64,000 nucleotides of DNA from Lingula anatina (lineage: Eukaryota > Animalia > Brachiopoda), in contig CM120641.1 in the NCBI GenBank assembly GCA_051362555.1, positions 5,270,001-5,334,000 on the forward strand. The letters run 5' to 3'. The notes under the pieces are model-generated. The model saw only the letters and a list, made by a program, of their open reading frames with translations. It was not told the origin of the DNA and made no database searches. Made by a program: the position numbers and the translations under genes. This document shows, one piece after another, positions 25,801 through 38,837 of the stretch; position 1 is the stretch's first letter; every line of letters begins with the position of its first letter.

Positions 25801-28800
25801 ATGAAAACCACTAGAATAATTTTTTATCAAAGCGCAGCCCTTATACATAACCAACCTTTCAGCATTTCCTATATATACATAATTGTAAAGGAAATCTTTT
25901 CTAAAGAACTAAATGTGTTTTTTCTAGGCTACCTAGGAGGCATGGCCTTGTCGCATGATATACTAATAAGATGATAATTTATTAAACCAATAAAATACAC
26001 AAAATATATAATATATAATATATAATATCGGGAATCTTTTGCCTTGTAAAAGCAGTTATGTTATCACTTCCTGCAATCCTCTGCATGAATGTCACATGAT
26101 GTTGATATGAGATGATTAACATAATTTAGTGCTTCATTCCATATTCATTTGCATGGAAACGTTGACTATACAAACTACTGTATGACAAGGTTGTACAACT
26201 GTATGTACCTCAGCATATGAAATAACAACACTGACAAGAGGCAAATTTTAGGTTTTCAGAAAAGTTTCGTTTTAAAATATAATAAAATCAAGTAAATGAA
26301 TCAAGAAATAGCCGCCATGAGGTAAGGCGTAATGGTGTCTGTATATATCGATGCTTATTGGTGTTCATTTAAATGTGATATTATATAAAAACTGCCTTGC
26401 AATCAAATGAGGGTTTAAAATATACTGTCACGCTGGTTTTACGAAGAAAAAGATTCTCGAATGTTTCTCAACTTATGCATTGCGAAATACTTTACAGCAT
26501 AGTGCTGCAGTATTTACTACAGGTACCTTTAATTCTAAATAAAACATACTTATGCAACTAAAGCCAATTAGTGTTACAATATGGACAACCAAAGGCTAGT
26601 AAGATGATATTTGAGAGGTAGATATTATGTAATATTGTATAATATCATAGACTGCTAAGTTAGCGGATATTATAAAAACAAAGCACTGTTTTGAATTATA
26701 ATATAACGTGTCCGAAACCTAAATAATATGAATTAAGAAGTTTAGAATGACAAAAACATTATTTATTACATAATCTGATCGATAAGATTTAAAAGAGTCA
26801 TTTCTTCAGAAGAGAGGGTGAATTATTTCCTAAATGCTGGTTGGTACATGTACTAAATCAGCAGTGATCACCCAAGATGTGTTGTCCTGAAAGCAATTGC
26901 CGTTACGTAGCAAGTTTATGATGGGATATGTTAAGGGTTGTCTAGTACACTTGCACCAGATTTCTCAAACCAACCTCTACCAGTACTATAGCACAGAATA
27001 ATCACCAAGACTGTTGGATTGTGGTAAGCGAACCCCAGTTACTTTTCCCAGGAGGATATACGAGAAAAAAGCTTATACGTCTTTTACTTGAATAATATTC
27101 TGGTAATATCAGTTACTCTACTTAATTCTATTGTCTTTAATCTCGAATTTTTGTCATAATTTTATTAATTTTTGTCATAATTTTATAAATATAATGCGTG
27201 CACAAGTTTGGAACAAAAATTATGTATTTTTCAGTTTGTTTGAAATATCTTCCCACTGGTGCCCAATATATGGAAATTATTGTCTTTTGAAGGTTGCGTT
27301 TTCATGGAAAGATTCGAAAACTTTACTACAGGACATAGAAAGCACTGCAAATTCACCCGCCATGGAATTTCGCAGAAAGATGCTTCTGGCCGCTGTAGAC
27401 TTGCAGGTATGGAATGCTGAAAATAAGACGAAAAATGAGGGAGAGACCAGGCATGAGTAGATATGAAACTGTTTTGTCAGATTTGATTTACTCCACTTCC
27501 ACAAATATACCTCAAGTCAGGTAATCGAGCCCACGTTGACACACCCGAACACGCACGCGCGTACATGCACACACACACACACACACCCAAACGATGATTC
27601 TATGCTTTGTTATATATAAAAAATTACACATTGCTGTTACTCTCTCTTTCTGATTTCTAAATTCTCTGTTTTTATTTCAAATGCCATACTTAGGCTTCGC
27701 TGGGCATTAAGGACCTTGGTCAATTCTTCTACAAGCCTATCAAATGCAGTGAGGATTGCACAGTCTTGGTGACAGTCAGCGAACTTGCCAAATACGAACA
27801 AGGCAACAGTAATTTAGAATGGACATCATTAAACAATATCGTGAAAAAAGTTTCTGCTTTAGATGGTGAGGAGCTTGGACCATCGGAAGTTGTTCTGAGT
27901 AAGGTTAATGTGAGTATGCAGCTACTGAGATATGTTTTGTGCTAGTTTTTGTTAAGCCAAAAAATATACCTAAGAAGATAGGTTTTTACCTCTAGTGTCT
28001 TTAGGCTCTGCGGGGACTCTGGCTGAAAGCAATCAGATTAAAAGATTAACACTCCTCCTCCTGGTGTTGAGTAAAAAACGCAAAAGCTACTGATTATACG
28101 CGTACTTTGGAAACAAGAGGAGGCGTGTTCATCTGTTAACCTGACTGCATTCAAGAGAGTCCACGGAGAGTTAGATCGATCTGCGTTGTTTCATTGGGAA
28201 CGAGCCCTTTAATAACATTTTTTCATTAAACATTTATAGAAAGTTTGAAAAAAGCTATGTTATCTAAATCAGTTGGAAAAAAGGTAAAATTAAATGTGAA
28301 AATAAGAATTCAATACATTTTTATATAGGAGATGATCTTATCTCATCAGAGGAGCAATGTCGTTTTACCCAGGGGCTTGTATATGGGATACCTTAAACTG
28401 AAGAGCAGCATGAATCAGATGAATATCCTGGTTTCTAACTCTTTTGTTAATGTCTTACCCTATGTCAAGATCAGAGAATCGCCGGATGTAACCAGGTTAG
28501 TATGCGCTATATATATATATATATATTCAATCAGCCTTAGTATATAGGCCCCTTTGAAGAAAACAGAAAGGTGAAAAATGAAGTTAAAGATATAGTCGCG
28601 AATTCTACTTTTATTAAATCTCTGATGACAGAAAGTGATGAATCAATGCCTAGTAACGACGGTTTTGCAAATTACTTTCTATGAAAATGCAGTTTTGCCG
28701 TGTTTCGTCTAAAACAGTTGACTGTGTCTATAAAGGATAAAACTAAATTGAAGATTTTATTAATGGCTAAAATATTACAATAAAAGTCAAACAACTAAAA

Positions 28801-30365
28801 ATAATGACATTTATGTTGTTTGTGTGAAAACAGATAAAGCTAGTAATTGTTATTTTATTTTGTAAGTTGCTAGACTCGTGTTTTAAATTAAGTTCCAAGT
28901 GGATAAACAATTCTTCCGCTAACTTACTTTTAATGAAATAATAAAAAAAATGTTAAATGGGCGTATATACCGAGAATGAACGAACAGCAAAAAGAGGAAC
29001 ATTTTTTCACTTTGCGAATCTATACACGGGAAGTGCTTTACTGCTACTTCAAATTGCATATCATTGTTCCCAATTTATTTTCAAATGTAATATATGGAAC
29101 TAATAATCCATTTATAAGATGGAAAAATCTAGCAGTCAGATTCAGTTACAGTCTAAAAAAAATCTACTTGATTAATTTACATGATTATTATTTATTTTTG
29201 TAGAGAGGAATGGGAATTTATTCGAAACCTTGGAAACGATGTGCCCCAAATAAAACCAAAGCCATCTCAGCAACATTTCAGAGAAGATCTGAATCTTGCG
29301 TCAGTGAAATTGTTAAACTCATTAAATGTCAGCAAACACTACACCAGATCCCACAGACTCTACGACAGTGAAGTTATTCGCCTCAACCAAGACGTGGGTT
29401 TCATTCCATTGCTGCCTCCAGTGGACTGTGTATGCACTGGTCCCGCTCAGCAAGAAACGCCTTTGGCCAAGAGCAAATATATGCCAATACAGGCTTTTGA
29501 AATCAGTAAGTGCTATTCACATATAACATTAGTATTAAAAAACGATTGCTTGCTCTTTTTCTTCTTCTGGGCAACTCTATTATAAAACCTGGAACGCAAT
29601 TTAAACGAACAGTATTTGACTGTCATAATTTAGAACTACATTTTTATTACAGTGAATTCTTTCCAACCCATCTTTTTACAGCGAAAAACCCCATATTAAT
29701 CATGCAGTCATATTACCTAGTTATTTTTATACTGATAAAATTATAAAGTATAAATCTTTGCCTTCCAGCAAACTTAGGCACATACCAGCACGAATACATG
29801 GGCCTTTTAAACACCACATCATCTGCGCTAGAGGTCGACTTACATCGGTCAAAACTTGCGAAAAGAGAGGTATATTACAAATGGTTATGAAGATATAAGT
29901 TTGCATATTTGACTTTATATGTAGAATCTACTTGAATAGCAGGGTGATAATATCATTTGTGACAGAGATCTAAACCTGGTCATAGGAAATTATTTCCAGA
30001 TCATAATATAAATGAAAGAAATTATGACAGTTTGCAGTAAATAGATAAATCACTGAAAATTGTTTATATATCGTGGTAGAATAATTCAGCTTTACTTGGG
30101 AATCGGGGTATTACACATTGAAGATTTTTACTATAATTTAAGCATTTTTTGTATTTCGTTCATCATTTCTCTTTTTTCGTCTATTTAGGCTTTTTCTACA
30201 GAAGAAGTAGTAAGTGCCAATGAAATTTCGGGAAAATTATCCAAATATCAGCAGGCCTTGGAGGACGCGTGGGAAAGCAAACGCTGGACAAAGAAGGTGG
30301 TAAAGATTGCCTTAGACAAGACCCAAACACGAGATATCTCGCTGGATAAACTTTTATGCAACTGA
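22859..30365 (+). CDS. ANKFN1/wide awake/banderuola-family paralog containing only the post-FN3 conserved core (~518 aa)
   Basis: Exons 22859-22919, 23649-23741, 23916-23999, 24621-24726, 25047-25182, 27293-27406, 27694-27909, 28329-28495, 29204-29505, 29769-29869, 30189-30365 total 1557 nt, are open and phase-consistent. Motifs matching ANKFN1: RGVYIATLLYHNDKILVT..DFHWMMK, LGIKDLGQFFYKPI, GLYMGYLKLKSS..VKIRE..REEWEFI, HRLYDSEVIRL..LLPPVDCVCT, REAFSTEE. Confidence 0.85.
22998..23165 (+). repeat. Copy 1 of a duplicated ~160-bp acceptor + stop + AATAAA cassette
   Basis: attttcgtctttcag|gtgttcaattatgtagaactgtataagtcaaagtcaccaaattca...gtgcaaataaaa. Closely similar to 25273-25430. Confidence 0.8.
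25273..25430 (+). repeat. Copy 2 of the duplicated terminal-exon-like cassette
   Basis: attttcgtctttcag|gtgttgaattatgttgaaatgtataagtcaaagtcaccaaattca...gtgcaaataaaa. In phase 0 it reads VLNYVEMYKSKSPNSTGFNNNNNNT*. Confidence 0.8.
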
Positions 30366-33009
30366 GACAAGAATCTCCCGAGGTGTTATGTAAATACTGT
30401 GAACTGTGATATGTAACATTTACCTGTGATGCAGAACACATCTTTCCATATTTTGACACGTGCGTCGAAAGAGCCATTCCACTCAGTGTAATTAAGTGTA
30501 AACTGTTTAAAAAGGTTGCGCTCTCTTTCTGTGTGTTCCCGTATTTTATTCAAAGTTTTAGTGTTAACATATGTGGTATTGGTGCATTGCACCCTCATAT
30601 GAACTACCTGATATGAACTACCTGATTACGGGATCACCTTCTTCTTAAAATTTGTCACGCAACACTGACAGCAAATGGTGATATACATGTATCTTTGAAA
30701 ATAGCAGCACTTACCGAAGAGAACAGCTTACATATCTAAGGAAAATTTAGCAAGCAGGAAACTTGATAAAAAGAACTATAAACCGATATAACTTTTAAAT
30801 TATTCAATTTCTTATGACAAGGAAAATTGATTTTATGCACAGAAATTTAATTATATGTACATCTAAATCGTTCTCATTAATATAGATATTTTCATCTTAA
30901 GATATTTTTTATGCTGAATTATGGATTATGTAAATTAATTTATTCAATTTGATATATATTTTCATAGCCATTAATGACGAGGAATCTTCAAATCTTTTTA
31001 AAGATTTTAAAATAGGCAAAAGGTGATTATATTTTTTCAAAGAGCGACAGAACATTACAACCGCACTACTTTCTTACTTACAATAGTCCTCAATTCAGCT
31101 GAAATACTTTTCTTAACCATAATCATCATTAAATCACAGCTTATCTGTTTTTGTTTATCTTTGGATAAAATGAACTGTGTTACAGACATAAGTGTTTACA
31201 TAATATTCTTGACATATAATGTCGGAGCCATGCTTTTGTTTTGATGATATTCATCATTGAAAAAAGTTTATTTTACAAACATGACCAGTGTAACAAAAAC
31301 TTGTCATATTTATTTTCATAATTGTGATTACCACGTGAAAAGGAATAAGCGCAGCGCAAAGCAAAGTGTTAGTGCAACGTGAAGAAACCTTGTATGGTAC
31401 ATATTGTCTCTACTGTTATCAATCAATAGGATACATGACCATTATGTATATATTGTGTAATTATATTCCAGGTCTCAATTGGTTAGATAATGGAGAATTT
31501 TTTATTTCACAATGAACATGATGTTTCATTAACCGGTATGATTGTAACATCATTGTAATTTAAATGATACAACGATATCCTCACTTACTTAATCATATTA
31601 TGGAACGACACTGTATGATTAAATAAGGCAGCAAGACTTTCAAATGTACATACCAATAACAGTAATAGAACTGTTTAAATAGCAGGGATTATCAGGTTAA
31701 ATAGTAGCAAATATCCTGTGAATTTAAGGGAATTGTATTCTGTATAAAATAAATGTAAACGAGAATTATTTATTAAACTGTATCTTCTTTTTGTGAATTG
31801 TTTAGATATGATAGCCCAGGTTGACACTTATTTTGGATCAAGTCAGTAGGTTTGAGGAAAATAGTTTACTCAGTTTTTACATTAATTGCAATTTGAAGGA
31901 TTCAATGCTGAAAAAATAATGAACTTGCAAAAATAGGTCAAACAAGCTATTATTCAAAATTGAAATGTGTTTTAATATCACAAATCAGTGATGTTAACAA
32001 TGACAGGGCACTGGTGGGGGGAGCCTAGGCTTTTGTCGATTCCATGCAATATCATGTAATGCTAAACAGCGTAATCACCACTAATTTTCAATTATGAACT
32101 ACTGTTACTCTGGACCCTCAAAACATGTTATCAGCACAGGCCCCTGGGAGTTCCAAGGTCACACATAGAAAATGCCAATTTGTGAAAAACAATGAGTCAC
32201 AAAAAAAAAAAACAAAACAACAACTATCTTCAGTAACACGTTGTGCATGTAGATAGAACATTGAGAATACAAATGACTGATATTATGACCTTTAAAGAAT
32301 TCATGACTTGTACAGAAATCCAAAACACCACCTAAACAAAAACATCAAAATGGGATTTTAAGATTATACTCTTTAATATGCACGTGTATATGTGGCAAGC
32401 AGCTTGGGAGGGGGGGGGGAGAGAGGTGATGGTGGTGGTGGTGGGGTACTTGCACCAATGAATTCACCAGTGAACAGGTTTACAGGGAAATAAATCTGCA
32501 TTTCTTGGTCAAGAAATATGACCCAAGCACTTAAGTGCAAACATTTTTAATCAAACAAAAGTACTGTGAAAATGGGACAAACCTTTACGTAAACTTACAA
32601 CAGTCTCCTGACCAACATCTCAAAGGGAAGAGATTAAAGAGATTACACAATATCACAAACAAGATAGATATTATGATAATACTTTTATTGCTCAAAATTA
32701 AAATCAACCTTAACCTATATGAGTTAAAACAACAGGGAAGACCAACAATCAAATTTTAATTGAAACTCTGAATACAAGTTTTAATTGAAACCCTGTCCTA
32801 AATTGAGAATTGTGCTTAAAACTTACACAGATATCTGTATGAAGGATTTTGCAATGAAAGCTGAGAAAAAAAGGCAATGACTTTTTAAAGTTTTCTTTTA
32901 AGATTACAGCTAAAAAATACAATCTAAAATACAAAATGTCTTGGGAGTTCAACCCCCTTGTAGAAGTGGTTATTGGCTAATGCACCATGAAATTCATACC
33001 ACAATATCA

Positions 33010-34753
33010 CTAAATGATGGCAAAGCCCCAGTCCCCATCCGAATCACTCTCCCCACAAGGACAGGAACCTGACCCACCAGCGTAGTAGTGCCCATCACAC
33101 TCTTCACAATGTGCCTCACGATAATCACCCAAGCATTCTCCAAAGTCAGGACACTCTGTGCAGTGATTGTGAAACTTCCCACTATCAAAACATGCCTTGC
33201 CATAACACACTCCTGTCACATACATTCCCTGCCCACAGTCCTCAGTCTCACACTTCACACTGGCCTCCTGTCCCCCATTTTCATAATCACTTCCTCCATA
33301 TTCTTTCTGGTACAGGATATCTTTCACTGTTGCCGCCATCTCTTCCTCACAGGAGGCGCAGTTTCCCTCAGCAATCACAGTTTTCAGTGACTTTTTCCCT
33401 GTAAGCTTGACATATCCTAGTAGAATTCCTCGTTTCAGGCACTTGTTTACCTTCTCTGGGTTTTTCACTCCGCAGCATGAAAGGAGCTGGTGTACATCTG
33501 CCACTGATAAATATTTTTTCTGGTTCAGAGCATCTATCACTGAAATGGGCTTAGTCAATCTGGAATGAGAGTTTCAAAATGGATTACTTTGTACTTTCCT
33601 TGCAAAAGCCAACAACAATCCATGTGTTTTAATACTGATGTGAAGAAAGCTTCAGTGTAGGCTTGTTTCTCTTTTGGGGTGTAAAAGGTCTCCCTTATTT
33701 ACTAACTCAGCTGGGAGCTCCGAGGGTCCACTATTCCGTACGTCTGCCATTCCTAAAGTCTGCAATTCCAAGGGTATGCTATTCCAAATGTGCATAAAGA
33801 GCACAAACAGCACAAAGATGGCAAATGCAATTCCTTGACACAGAGGTAAGTGTCACAATTATGCAAATAATATCATTTGTTCAAACATAGATTTTGCATC
33901 AGTAAACTTTTTGGAATAGTGTACTTTCAGAATAGCTGACCCTAAAACCATCCAACTTATACGATTTGTGAACTCTGCAAGGAAGAAGGGCTATATGCTC
34001 AAGAGAAAAAGTGTTTATGGAATAACGTGGTTATGAGAGCCAAAATATATTTACTAATCAGAATTATAAAAATTTAGTTTTGAAGTATACATTGTATTGC
34101 AAAGCTGAAGTAATTTTGGGCCCTATATATGTGGTATTTCTTTAAGGCAAAAAACAAAGAAATTAAACACCTCAGTATAACATCAGTTTATACAATAATT
34201 TAATATCCTAACTTTACCTTTCCACAAGGTCCATCTTGGAACCTCCAACTTTTAAGCCTCTGCTTTTTAAGATGTTTTTCAATTCTTTTATGCTCATTGA
34301 TGTATAATCTACTTCCTCGGAGTCATGAGTAGAGCTTGCTGAACTTCTTTTTCTCTTTTTGGCAATTTTTGCTGGAGGTATAGGAACTTTGGTTGTTGTG
34401 TCTGAATCAAAATAAGAAATATATTGATCAGCTAATTCAGTGTATGCTCCACATATCAATGCAACATGCAAAACATATCTGAAAACCACTGACCATATAT
34501 GTATACTTAAAAGAACTTAACTGTACCAGGTATCCTACTGAAAATTTTAAATCCTGTGGTGCCTGTTTACGCTTATAAAAAAAATTAAAATTCAAAAGCA
34601 AACAATGTTGTATAAGGCATGTTGTACAGTTTCCGTTATGATGACTTCTATTTGACGAAAGTTCAATATATTTTTACCTTTGCCCGTTTCAGTGGCGTTT
34701 GGAAATGCAGCCATATCAAGGCAAACGTCTGAAGCTTTGGCGGGAGATCCCAT
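33010..34753 (-). CDS. SAP-domain protein with NLS and C-terminal Cys/His-rich putative zinc-binding domain (~269 aa)
   Basis: Exons 34753-34678, 34401-34218 and 33559-33010 total 810 nt and are phase-consistent. Contains a KKRKR NLS, the SAP motif YTSMSIKELKNILKSRGLKVGGSKMDLVERL, and the C-terminus FHNHCTECPDFGECLGDYREAHCEECDGHY..CPC. Confidence 0.85.
33720..33945. mobile_element. Degenerate MITE-like element with inverted ~16-bp subterminal repeats
   Basis: The left end has gggtccactattccg/gggtatgctattcc units. The right end has the inverted forms ggaatagtgtac/gaatagctgaccct. Confidence 0.4.
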
Positions 34754-35111
34754 GCTTTAAAATCTCAGTGTCCTTGGTTTAGAATTATGCAATTGATATG
34801 AAATCCAATCGCTACTCTGTCAGAATCAGAAACCTAGCAACGTTCGACAAGATTCTGAAAAGAGAAAGAATCATTAGAATTTAGATCACAGCGGGGTGAG
34901 AAGTCACGTCGCACCTGTTGTCATATTTCATACTCAAACTGTTTCATGTCCAACCCGACTATGTGGCGGTCTTTAACGGTTTTAAAATGCAGACCAAAAC
35001 GTAAGTTATACACAACCATCTCTTGCCTGTGGCTTTTAGCTTGGTATTTTCAACTTCACTGCTTACCGATGGGCTTCAGATGGTAGCGCCTCAGAAAACA
35101 AGTATATTAAT

Positions 35112-35122
35112 TGCGCATGCGC
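35112..35122. promoter_or_regulatory. NRF1/Ewg-type site in the promoter of the SAP-domain gene
   Basis: TGCGCATGCGC in a CpG-richer region. A minus-strand donor (~35066) and acceptor (~34856) suggest a non-coding first exon just downstream. Confidence 0.5.
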
Positions 35123-36043
35123 GATATTTGAGAACTAAAAATCACAATCTGACACTGATTGTGACGCACTTTCTATCAAACGCTTCTTCTCTAACACAGT
35201 TAGCTCATCACTACCGTAAACTGCAATTCCTTCTTGCAAATTTTTTTAGTTTGCACGCAGATATATTGCCAGTTAGTACGATAGGGTACGTCTGGAAATG
35301 GCCCCTTTACCTTGTAAAGTATTGGCGGCATTATTTCTTGTGATTCTTCTCATCGTGAAATATCAATTTTTTTAAATCGTGCATACAAACCCCGTTTAGT
35401 CGACTTTTCAAATTTTGCTGTTAAGTTAGCCTCAATGTGTTTTTTTTTTTTCGGCATGAGCAGAGGTTTTTCCATTTTCAGTTAATCTAATATTTATTCG
35501 GATTCTCTGCTTCCGAAGATTGAAATATCGCCATTTAAATGTTATTTTGTTATTTCAGAACTGCAAACGCCTTTGCCGAGATCCTGCAGAGTGCACCTTC
35601 GCCTGACTAAAGCTTCCCTGGCCTTCGAGACGTATTTTAAAATCTGCCACAGATCCAGATCCATTCGAACAGCAGACGCTATGCTATATGTTGAAAATTA
35701 TACATGGTCTCTCTCTCTCTCTGTCTATTTTTAAACATATTTTAACATATTGAAACGGTGCACTAAGATCTATCGTGTTCCCTTTAGAAATTATACTTAG
35801 AAATCGATCCTTTTTGTTTTATTTACATATATATTATACCCTAGGGACTGATCATGATATTTTTAAAATTATACCGTAGGGCATGTCATGTACATCATTT
35901 TATTTGGAACCAATCCAGCTTCTTTTTAAATTCATCTCATTATGCAATAGTGCAATTGTGTTTGCAATTAAATCACAAATGTCAAAGTTGAGAGTAAAAA
36001 CGCAATTTTCACGATGTTGAAGCTCGGGTAAGATAGTTTATTA

Positions 36044-36211
36044 CAGGGGCGGATCCAGAGCTATATACTGACAGTCTTCCAAATTATCTTTGTTGATTCA
36101 TCCTCCAATTTTGACCGTCTTCCAACATTAAAAATTGGATACCCGTCAATGTAAACTTGAAAATCTGACCGTCTTCTGGAAGACCCAGAAGACGGCCTAA
36201 ATCCGCCCCTG
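36044..36211. mobile_element. MITE with 11-bp TIRs and TA target-site duplication
   Basis: ta|CAGGGGCGGAT ... ATCCGCCCCTG|ta, with internal repeated gaccgtcttc/gaagac motifs. Confidence 0.8.
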
Positions 36212-37411
36212 TATTAAGCCAATCAACTCCTTATCATATTATTAAATTTACATTGTGTAAGTCAATTTTATTGTTAATATTTACACTTGTGAATCACAAA
36301 CAATTTATGATAATAAATGCGGTTTTGGGAGGTAGTTTTTGATTCAATCTAAAATACACAAAATTAAAATAAAATTGATATGTAGGCCTACTGGATTTTT
36401 AGAACCTATACTATACTCTATTTGGAATGCATTTTTTGTTTTCCAGATAAAATCTGAAAGTGCTTTTAAATTTTGTAAATGAAAAATTTGAAATTAACAC
36501 AAAGCAGTTTCATTATAATGTCACGAATTATTAATATGAGTAAATCCTGTAGGTGCCAATTTTCAGATTTATCATTTCGGTCAATAATATCGCCTGGCGG
36601 CCTATTCTTTCTCCATTGAATCCAGTCCTGTTCAAAGACTGTTCCATTTCCTCATTATCTTTTATAATTTGAGTCCTCCAGTGAATATTTTAATAGTTTT
36701 TTCGTGGTTTTCTGTCATTAAAGATGTCATATACTAAACAATACTTTTAAAATTTGGTCTTTGCTTGTAGATTGAAATGAATGCTACTCGTATGACTGCA
36801 TTGATATGAGTGAGAGAAAAAACCTGTAAACCATTGCCTGAGCAATTGACATGTGCGTGAACGTGTGTTGTATTATATTTAAAAAAAACATTTACCTTAA
36901 AAAAAGATCTTTGACAGCATGTCAATCTTTAAGCATAAATGGATTGCCCAAGTGTAATCTGAAACAAGTAAGAGACCTTTAATAGTTATGTGGACCCTCA
37001 TTCTTGTAGTACAAATAAAAATAATGATAAAATGATGTATTTTAAAAATTGCTAATTTTTCCCAGGTGAAATGATCGATCCATTACAGTACATAAATATA
37101 ACCCAAAAGAAATCGCTGAAAACCATCGTAATTGTCTTCAAAAGCGACGTTTGAAATGTTAATTAAATTTAACTTAAAATTGATGTACAGACTTCTCCTT
37201 GTATCCAAAACTCAGAACTATGACAAGTAATATTATCTAAATGCATCAATCTTTTTTGTGCAGTTATGTTTATACTTACACGATTCAAACATTTTAAATG
37301 GTCACAAATAAGCTTTTAATTGCCAGGGATCATACAAAAAAAAATTACACGCGCAGAACTAAATATAGCTAGTACGAAAGATTTCAAGCAAACTTATTGT
37401 TTCATCAATGG

Positions 37412-37901
37412 TCAGCTGATAGCACCATTGCATTTCTCCTGTACGTTTGTAGTCCTACAAAGCGTTGTAACATTGTGACATTACAAGTAACGATGGGCAA
37501 AATATTACAACAAATCGCGCTACTAATATCTACAATTAATTTTCTCTCATTCGGTTGCACTTGTGTTTTATTGAGAGAGGTTATTGAAGAAGTAGTGCTA
37601 CTTACCATATACTTGCTTCTACGTCTTATAAAAGCTGAAACTTGTGAATTCACCACACATAATGTTGCGTCTTCACTCAACTGTGCCCAACTGCAGAGTG
37701 AGTATTCAGCTTGCACTACGTCGGGCAACTTATTGTTATGCAAATTACAACAGATTTGGCCCATTTTGGGTGAGAAGTTTTGGTTAAAACTGCTCACAAA
37801 TGTTCACTGCCAAAATATTATCAGTACACTTTTGATACAACTGAAGTCCACTTGTTGTTAAAATATACTACCCAAATACAAAAACTACTTTTAAAAATCA
37901 T
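37412..37901 (-). pseudogene. Frameshifted Cys-rich secreted peptide precursor, insulin-like candidate
   Basis: Three 1-nt indel corrections, each in a T-run, join ATG 37901 (signal-like MIFKSSFCIWVVYLTTSG) to the 130-aa ORF. The result has LCSWAQLSEDATLC (C-x11-C), RRR and RK basic sites, and ICCNILPIVTCNVTMLQRF[C] (CC..C-x8-C). Minus-strand TATAAAA at ~37960. Confidence 0.35.
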
Positions 37902-38294
37902 AATCGAATAAAACGTTTTTATGATTCTGTCTGTAACTTAAAAGCCAAGACCCACAGTATTTTATATAATGAAGTCAATCAGTAGAAATAGCTTAATATG
38001 GACAGGACAAACGGGTCCTTTCTATATAAGTGGTCGCTAACATATTCATCCCGAGCGAAGTTGTATTGGTCACACATGAATTTTTTACTTTGATACCATC
38101 TTCCTAAATATTAGTAGGCTTTAAAAGACAGAAAGTCGTAAAAAGAAGTATTTTAAATTAGTAGATGGAGTTTCAGTTTTGTATGATTTCCAGAGGAAAC
38201 AACAACGATTACATGGCCATTTCAACACCCTTTCCCGAAAACGATATATTGAAAAATGTTCTTTTTCTGTTTTTTAAGTACGAAAGCCTGCAAT

Positions 38295-38345
38295 CAGTGG
38301 CGGATTTAGGAGGGAAGGGGGGGTCAGGGGGGTCCTGAACCCCTC
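38295..38345. mobile_element. Truncated MITE end related to the 36044 element
   Basis: CAGTGGCGGATTTAG followed by G-rich ggggggtcaggggggtcctgaacccc. No partner TIR found. Confidence 0.45.
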
Positions 38346-38600
38346 ACTTCGATTTCTGAAAAAAAAATCACACCAATGGTCCCCTCTTGAGATTTGAATT
38401 TGACTAGCTGAATCATAAAGTTCTGAACCGTACCAAATAGCACCGCTCGCCCTCTACCAATTTTTAACTCGACTTTGAAGTATTACAGCAGCCAACACGT
38501 CCCCTGCATTGGGGCGATTTTTTGTCTTTTTCTTTTTTATTATTTTTATTCTGAGAGAGGAATTAACGTGAAAGCAGCTACCGCCTAAGTTCGTATGATC

Positions 38601-38837
38601 TGTGCGACCTTGTGGTTACCAGTCAGCTATCGATCGCTACAATCGTGCAACGGTAACCTACAGCTTGAAGGTGGTCTTCAGACGTTGCAGATACCACACT
38701 GCAGTCTTGTTGCAACTGTTGTGCGACAGGTTGCAGATCAAAATATGCTTAAGCTTATCCAGCTCGCTAGGTGATCGCAAGCGACCGCCAGATTTTGAGG
38801 TTACTAAAAGGTTGCAAGCGCAGTGTAACCCAGCCTT
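38601..38837. mobile_element. Fragment of a PIF/Harbinger-like MITE
   Basis: CpG-rich segment with repeated ggttgca/gcgac motifs, ending in AGTGTAACCCAGCCT next to TTAA. Only one end is visible. Confidence 0.4.

Noticed and set aside
37804-37806. In-frame TGA upstream of the 130-aa minus ORF read as selenocysteine
   Set aside because: That frame has no upstream ATG before a TAA, and no SECIS was recognised.
37397-37861. 154-aa plus-strand ORF
   Set aside because: TTG start and no recognisable motif. The minus strand explains the region better.
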